A stretch of DNA of 21,780 bases from Pseudobdellovibrionaceae bacterium. Lineage in GTDB: Bacteria; Bdellovibrionota; Bdellovibrionia; Bdellovibrionales; Bdellovibrionaceae. The stretch covers positions 1-21,780 of the forward strand of contig JBGGMM010000081.1 in NCBI GenBank assembly GCA_041288045.1, read 5' to 3'. The notes beneath the pieces are model-generated. The model was given only the letters and a program-made list of their open reading frames with translations. It was not told where the DNA came from and made no database searches. The position numbers and the translations under genes were made by a program. Positions 17,044 through 21,780 of the stretch are shown one piece after another. The stretch's first letter is position 1, and each line of letters opens with the position of its first letter.

Positions 17044-18839
17044 ACAGTCCTGCCAAAATCCTTTTCCAAACGATGGAAAGGATAATCAATACTGACGGGT
17101 CGCCCATGCGGACAGAAACTGGACAGCGGAAATTCATCCATTTGCTCAAGCAGGGCTCGCATTTCCTCGGCACTCAGCGCCTGCCCGGCCCGAATCGCCG
17201 AATGGCAAGCCATCGTTGCCAACAAATCACCAATTTTTCTCTCTAAAAAATGGCTCCCGCTTTGCTCGACAAGCTCATGGGAGGTTTTTTCTAAGATCTG
17301 ATGCAAAGCGCTTTCTTTCAAAATAGCAGGCGCGGACTTCACACCCACAGTTTCAGGCCCCAGCATTTCCAGTTGGATTCCTAATTTTGCAAAGGCTTCT
17401 TTTTCTTTCATCAAAGCTTCGACTTTTTCACTTGAGAGATCCACAGCCAGAGGGAACAAAGATTCCTGCACTTCAATTTTTCCGCCTTGCCAAGCCTGCA
17501 TGAGTTTTTCAAAAAGAATTCTCTCATGGGCCGCGTGCTGATCCACAAACACAATCCCCTCTTTGTTTTGAGTCACAATGTAAGTGAGATTGCTTTGAGC
17601 TAGAACTTGCAAATTGGACCAGTACCCGCCTTTGCTCGGCATCTCTGACTGCGAAGTGGGCTTGGAATCCGCTCGCGAAATTGCAGCTGATGTTGCGGTA
17701 GATGTTGAAGTCGAGGGCGATTGCAAGGTCCAAGATTTTTGTGAGAACTGAGTTCTTCCCAAGTCCTCCTGAGAAAAATTCAAAGTGGCCTGCTCCACTG
17801 GATTTTCGGTCCAACCTGGAGATGCCTGTGATTCATTTTTCGCTGATGGCAGCCAGGGAGCTTTTTCTAAAACATCCCGAATTGAAGCTTGCACCGCTCG
17901 AAAGGCCATCGATGGATCGGCAAATTTCACTTGTGATTTCGTCGGATGAATATTGACATCAATTTCACTGGGATCCGTCTCGACCCAGACGACGGCAATC
18001 GGATATTCCCCGTGCATGAGAAGGTGCCGGTAGGCTTCCATGACGGCGGCCTGAAGGCTTCGATCCTGAATCCAGCGATTCTGCGCAAAAAACCAAAGAT
18101 CTTTGGCTGTTTTCTGCACTGTTTTGGGATCAGCGAAAACAGCAGTGGCCTTGACACTGCCTCTTTCTGCTGTGCCTTCGAAAAGATTTTCAACTTCAAG
18201 CACCTGTTGAACACGCTGCAAACGAGTTTCACAGGCTCCCCAATAGGAAATCAACTGTCCATCTTGAGTGATTTTCATTTCCACTTGTGGATGCGCCAAG
18301 GCCAAGGCTTTTAAGGCCATTTTGATTCGTGATCCTTCCGCTGAAGCGCTTTTCAAAAACTTCAGGCGAGCCGGTACATTTTCAAAAAGTTTTTCAATCA
18401 CCACACTGGTGCCAGCTGATCCGCCAATGGCTTCAACCGAAGTCCGGCGGCCAAATTCACTGACCAAACGAGCGGCTGTTTTTTGACCGGAGGTTTTTGA
18501 AATCAAAGTGAGCTTGCTCACAGCTGCGATACTCGCTAAAGCCTCACCTCGAAAACCGAAACTTTTTATTTTCCACAGGTCATCAGAAAGACTGATCTTG
18601 CTGGTGGCATGTCGATCCAAAGCTTTTTCTAATTCTTTCTCATCAATTCCGGACCCGTTGTCGGAAACTTTGACATAACGACCGCCATCCGCAAATTCAA
18701 TGGAGATTTGAGTGGCTCCGGCATCGAGACTGTTTTCAACCAGCTCTTTCACCAAATGAGCTGGCCTTTCAACAACCTCTCCGGCCGCAATTTGATCGAT
18801 AACTTCACTGGATAAAGTTTGAATGCTGGCTTCTGTCAT
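17040..18839 (-). CDS. mutL: DNA mismatch repair protein MutL (endonuclease type)
   Basis: IAAGEVVERP, KELVENSLDAG, GFRGEAL, DVNIHPTK; endonuclease motifs DQHAAHER, ACHSA, CPHGRP. Confidence 0.98.
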   Translation of the reverse strand: MTEASIQTLSSEVIDQIAAGEVVERPAHLVKELVENSLDAGATQISIEFADGGRYVKVSDNGSGIDEKELEKALDRHATSKISLSDDLWKIKSFGFRGEALASIAAVSKLTLISKTSGQKTAARLVSEFGRRTSVEAIGGSAGTSVVIEKLFENVPARLKFLKSASAEGSRIKMALKALALAHPQVEMKITQDGQLISYWGACETRLQRVQQVLEVENLFEGTAERGSVKATAVFADPKTVQKTAKDLWFFAQNRWIQDRSLQAAVMEAYRHLLMHGEYPIAVVWVETDPSEIDVNIHPTKSQVKFADPSMAFRAVQASIRDVLEKAPWLPSAKNESQASPGWTENPVEQATLNFSQEDLGRTQFSQKSWTLQSPSTSTSTATSAAISRADSKPTSQSEMPSKGGYWSNLQVLAQSNLTYIVTQNKEGIVFVDQHAAHERILFEKLMQAWQGGKIEVQESLFPLAVDLSSEKVEALMKEKEAFAKLGIQLEMLGPETVGVKSAPAILKESALHQILEKTSHELVEQSGSHFLERKIGDLLATMACHSAIRAGQALSAEEMRALLEQMDEFPLSSFCPHGRPVSIDYPFHRLEKDFGRTV

Positions 18840-18872
18840 GACCTTCTGATGTCTCAGACAGGCCCAGCTTTG

Positions 18873-19769
18873 TCAAAATGCGAATTGAGCCGACAGAGCG
18901 ACACCTGGGTATGGCTGTTTTTCCCAGAAATACTGCAGCTCGCCGCGAAGCGCCACTGAGCCCACCCGAAAAGCCACTCCCCCGCTGAAGGCAGCTCCGA
19001 GATTGAAATCATCCATCGAATAATACTTTTTTTGCCCCACCGAATCGGTCAAAGCGACTTTGTATTTGGAGTATTTGAACATCGGACCAAAGCCAAAAAA
19101 GGTGAAAGCATTTTTGCCAAAAGGATAATAAGTCTGCCAAAGAAAATCCATGATCAAAATCCAGCCATCCGCCGTGTTGCCTGTGAGACTTTCATAATAG
19201 GTCGGAGCACCGTAATGAAAGAGCACATTGATCTCTGATGGGAAAAGTCCATCAACCAAAAGATCAGGCCCTGAAAATTTCGCACCAAAAAAACTCACGG
19301 TTTCTTTGCGTTGATCACCCATGGTGTCTTCTTGATATTGAAGCCAGGCTGCCGAGAATCCGCCGTATTGAGTGTAAATGAAAGGCCGATTTTTTTTGCG
19401 CTCCTCTTTTTTTTCTTTAGCTTCATCTTTTTTGGCATTTTTTTTAGTCGGAGAATGAGTTGGAGAAGAAGCGGCAGACGAGGGCGTCGTTCCGGTGGAT
19501 TGGAAAAGCGGTTTGACATCCACATCTGAAATGTAACCGATCACGCCAGGTTTAATCCGAATTCTATAAAAGGCATTGTTGACTGTTTTCGAGGACACAT
19601 CGAAAACTTTGCCGGCTGTGACCACGGCAATGACTTTGGAATCAAAATCGGGATCTTTGTAAATCTGAGCTTCAGGAACTTTGATTTCGGCTCGGTAAGC
19701 TGCTGTTTTTGCCTGAGCAAATGAAACGGAGCTCACCAAAAAAATGCAGAAGCCGGAAAAAATCTTCAT
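18873..19769 (-). CDS. Secreted protein with SH3-like N-domain, Ser/Lys-rich linker and probable outer-membrane beta-barrel
   Basis: Signal peptide ending SFA; IYKDPDFDSKVIA..FYRIRI..GYIS resembles bacterial SH3b; aromatic-rich strands; C-terminus SAQFAF. Confidence 0.75.
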   Translation of the reverse strand: MKIFSGFCIFLVSSVSFAQAKTAAYRAEIKVPEAQIYKDPDFDSKVIAVVTAGKVFDVSSKTVNNAFYRIRIKPGVIGYISDVDVKPLFQSTGTTPSSAASSPTHSPTKKNAKKDEAKEKKEERKKNRPFIYTQYGGFSAAWLQYQEDTMGDQRKETVSFFGAKFSGPDLLVDGLFPSEINVLFHYGAPTYYESLTGNTADGWILIMDFLWQTYYPFGKNAFTFFGFGPMFKYSKYKVALTDSVGQKKYYSMDDFNLGAAFSGGVAFRVGSVALRGELQYFWEKQPYPGVALSAQFAF

Positions 19770-20461
19770 TTCATCCTTAAGAGCCAGACTCGATAAAGTG
19801 CTTCCAAAACAATTCGCGAGGACATTTTGCTCTGACCGACCCGTCGATCTTCAAAAAGAATCGGAGATTCAACCCCGCGGCAGCCGGCTTTCATTGCTTT
19901 GTATTTCAATTCAATTTGAAAACTGTAGCCATTGGATTTGACTGTGGGAAGATTGATTTTTTTCAATGTCTCGGCTTTCCAGGCATTGAAGCCACCTGTC
20001 CAATCATTCAATGGAAAACCTAAAATCAACCGAGAGTAAATGCTCCCACCTCGCGAAATGATTTTTCGCATCAGCCCCCAGTTCAGAGTCGATCCACCAG
20101 CCACATATCTAGAACCAACGGCAAAATCAGCCGATTGCAGAGCCGTTAAGAGCGGCTTTAAATCCACGGGTCGATGAGAAAAATCAGCATCCATTTCAAC
20201 CAAGGCCTCAAAGCCCTGAGAGAGTCCCCATTCAAAACCGGCAATGTAGGCTTTTCCCAAGCCCTCTTTGCCAGCTCGGGACAAAAGATGGAGCTTCGAG
20301 AATTTTTTTTTCAATTCTTCAACATAAGCTCCTGTGCCATCAGGTGAATTGTCATCAACCACGAGGATCTCAAGGCCGAGATTCTGAGCAAAGACAGATT
20401 CAACCAATGGCCCGATATTTTCTCTTTCATTGTAAGTGGGAACAATCACGAGAGTCTTCAT
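19766..20461 (-). CDS. GT2 glycosyltransferase, polyprenol-phosphate mannose synthase (DPM1/Ppm1)-like
   Basis: VPTYNERENI, VVDDNSPDGTG, GLGKAY, MDADFSH, GSRYV, GYSFQIE, FEDRRVGQSKMS. Confidence 0.92.
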   Translation of the reverse strand: MKTLVIVPTYNERENIGPLVESVFAQNLGLEILVVDDNSPDGTGAYVEELKKKFSKLHLLSRAGKEGLGKAYIAGFEWGLSQGFEALVEMDADFSHRPVDLKPLLTALQSADFAVGSRYVAGGSTLNWGLMRKIISRGGSIYSRLILGFPLNDWTGGFNAWKAETLKKINLPTVKSNGYSFQIELKYKAMKAGCRGVESPILFEDRRVGQSKMSSRIVLEALYRVWLLRMK

Positions 20462-20901
20462 AGACGCTTATTCACCAAATTTCCGATCGTCTGAGCTTTT
20501 TCTAAAAGCTCAGCTCTTTCTTTTGAAAGGGTCGGAAGCTGAAGAGGTGATGCCAACAAAGAGGCCGGATTGAATTTTCGCTGATCAAGATGCATTTTCA
20601 CTTTTGCCACTGCCTTTGCTGTGTCTTTGAGATAGAGCACGGGATCAAATCCACAGTATTTGCAAGCAATCGTCAACCGCCAACGGATCTGCACAAAAGT
20701 TTCTGACACTGCCAAGAATGCGACAAAAAGAAGCAGTGCCCGCGGATCCGCTTCTTGAAACACGATGAACATAAAAGTGATGGCCCCTAAAGCAGAGCCA
20801 ATGATGTCAGTGAAATCAATGTTGCGCTTGCTATAAACTTTCCGCTCGGATCGACAGAAAGCGCAGTAACACTCTTTACGCGATGAAAAAATAACACTCA
20901 T
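20458..20901 (-). CDS. Hypothetical membrane protein with two CxxC motifs flanking a TM hairpin
   Basis: CYCAFC near the N-terminus, two hydrophobic helices, then CKYCGFDP; ATGA overlap with the GT2 gene. Confidence 0.8.
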   Translation of the reverse strand: MSVIFSSRKECYCAFCRSERKVYSKRNIDFTDIIGSALGAITFMFIVFQEADPRALLLFVAFLAVSETFVQIRWRLTIACKYCGFDPVLYLKDTAKAVAKVKMHLDQRKFNPASLLASPLQLPTLSKERAELLEKAQTIGNLVNKRL

Positions 20902-20907
20902 GTTCTT

Positions 20908-20973
20908 ATTATGACAAAAAAGAGGTCCAGTCGAAAAGGGTGGATTTGTGATTGCTGCTGCTTTTGTTATGAT
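20908..20973. promoter_or_regulatory. Back-to-back divergent extended -10 promoters
   Basis: Minus strand TGtCATAAT (20916-20908); plus strand TTGTGA (20946-20951) and TGtTATGAT (20965-20973). Confidence 0.55.
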
Positions 20974-21001
20974 GAAAGGGTCAAACTCAAGGAGCTTAAG
21001 A

Positions 21002-21640
21002 ATGAAACGACAAAAAGGATTTTTGTTTTCACTTCTTTTCTTTGCCTCTACTTTGGTCCAGGCGGCTGAATATGAAGAAGTCAGCTATGATGATCTGGTT
21101 AATCAGCTCAACAAGCGAAAAACTTCGGTTCAGCGCGGGAGCAATGACCCCTTGGATGACATCCAATTGCACGCTGGCTTTGGGCTGATCACTTCTGCCA
21201 ATAATGTCAATACGGGTGGCGGAAGGGACACATTGAAATATCAAAATGGATTTCAAATGTCATTGGGCATAGATCTTTTTTCACCTTCGTGGACTTCCGA
21301 ACTGGCTCTGCGAAATTTTGGTCAGGCCAAATCAGGCACCGAAACAAGATCACTGAGAGAATTTGATTTGAAATTTATGAATCGAAACCACCTGAGCGAA
21401 GGCGCTGGCTATCGCATCGGCGCTGGAATCGGCAATCGCTATTTGAAAATCGATGATGAATACAATGATGTTTCCATTGATGATAGCACTCCAATTGCTG
21501 TTTTCTTTGGCGGCCTTGATGCTTTTGTCAGCAAAAATCTGAGCTTGGGAATTGAAACAGGAATTCGAACATCAATGATCAACAGCACAGCTGATCGAAG
21601 CGCTCTTGATCTGACAATCCGACTGGATACCTATTTCTAA
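21002..21640 (+). CDS. Probable outer-membrane beta-barrel protein
   Basis: Start moved to ATG 21002 (SD AAGGAG at 20989-20994). Signal peptide ending VQA; amphipathic strands; C-terminus IRLDTYF. Confidence 0.8.
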   Translation: MKRQKGFLFSLLFFASTLVQAAEYEEVSYDDLVNQLNKRKTSVQRGSNDPLDDIQLHAGFGLITSANNVNTGGGRDTLKYQNGFQMSLGIDLFSPSWTSELALRNFGQAKSGTETRSLREFDLKFMNRNHLSEGAGYRIGAGIGNRYLKIDDEYNDVSIDDSTPIAVFFGGLDAFVSKNLSLGIETGIRTSMINSTADRSALDLTIRLDTYF

Positions 21641-21780
21641 TGGTTTGGGGATTTGCCGCTAGTCTCCTTTTGCTTTTGGCTTTCGGAATCCAAAACTGGA
21701 AGAGATCCCGGTTGACTGAGATTCAAGAACTCAAACCGAACTGCCTTTTGACTCAGAACCCTCTGGTTTTCATTTCCGGG
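21640..21780 (+). CDS. Partial hypothetical protein with N-terminal hydrophobic anchor (runs off the right edge)
   Basis: TAATG stop/start overlap; open frame MVWGFAASLLLLAFGIQNWKRSRLTEIQELKPNCLLTQNPLVFISG. Confidence 0.65.
   Translation, partial: MVWGFAASLLLLLAFGIQNWKRSRLTEIQELKPNCLLTQNPLVFISG

Noticed and set aside
18848..18876. Perfect TTGACA upstream of mutL on the minus strand
   Set aside because: It overlaps the upstream gene's stop codon and the matching -10 (GACATC) is poor; an internal promoter is possible but unsupported.
1..21780. CRISPR arrays, tRNA/rRNA genes, IS transposases or integrases
   Set aside because: I saw no regularly spaced repeat-spacer pattern, cloverleaf or transposase/integrase motifs; intergenic gaps other than 304-704 are short.

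Overview
Chromosomal window from a Gram-negative bacterium; protein style and gene order suggest a Bdellovibrionota-like organism (inference, not verified by search). It contains the distal part of a type II secretion system operon (gspF-G-H-I-J-K-L-M-N), ssb, a lipoprotein/outer-membrane beta-barrel pair, and the minus-strand yicC-gmk-rpoZ-rel operon. These are followed by rlpA and sodC, a minus-strand run (CxxC membrane protein, DPM1-like glycosyltransferase, SH3-like/beta-barrel protein, mutL, miaA), another beta-barrel gene and a truncated ORF. The most unusual part is the left end. An ORF missed by the track (303 to <1, minus strand) resembles the N-terminus of DUF222-like/HNH endonuclease proteins and sits where gspE would normally be. 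It is preceded by about 400 nt of non-coding DNA with a perfect 17-bp palindrome, nested inverted repeats and a hexamer tandem repeat. Other notable signals: gspK appears to need a CTG start codon, four operon-leading genes look leaderless (-10 box 5-6 nt before ATG, no SD), and GspL retains PilM/actin-type nucleotide-binding motifs.
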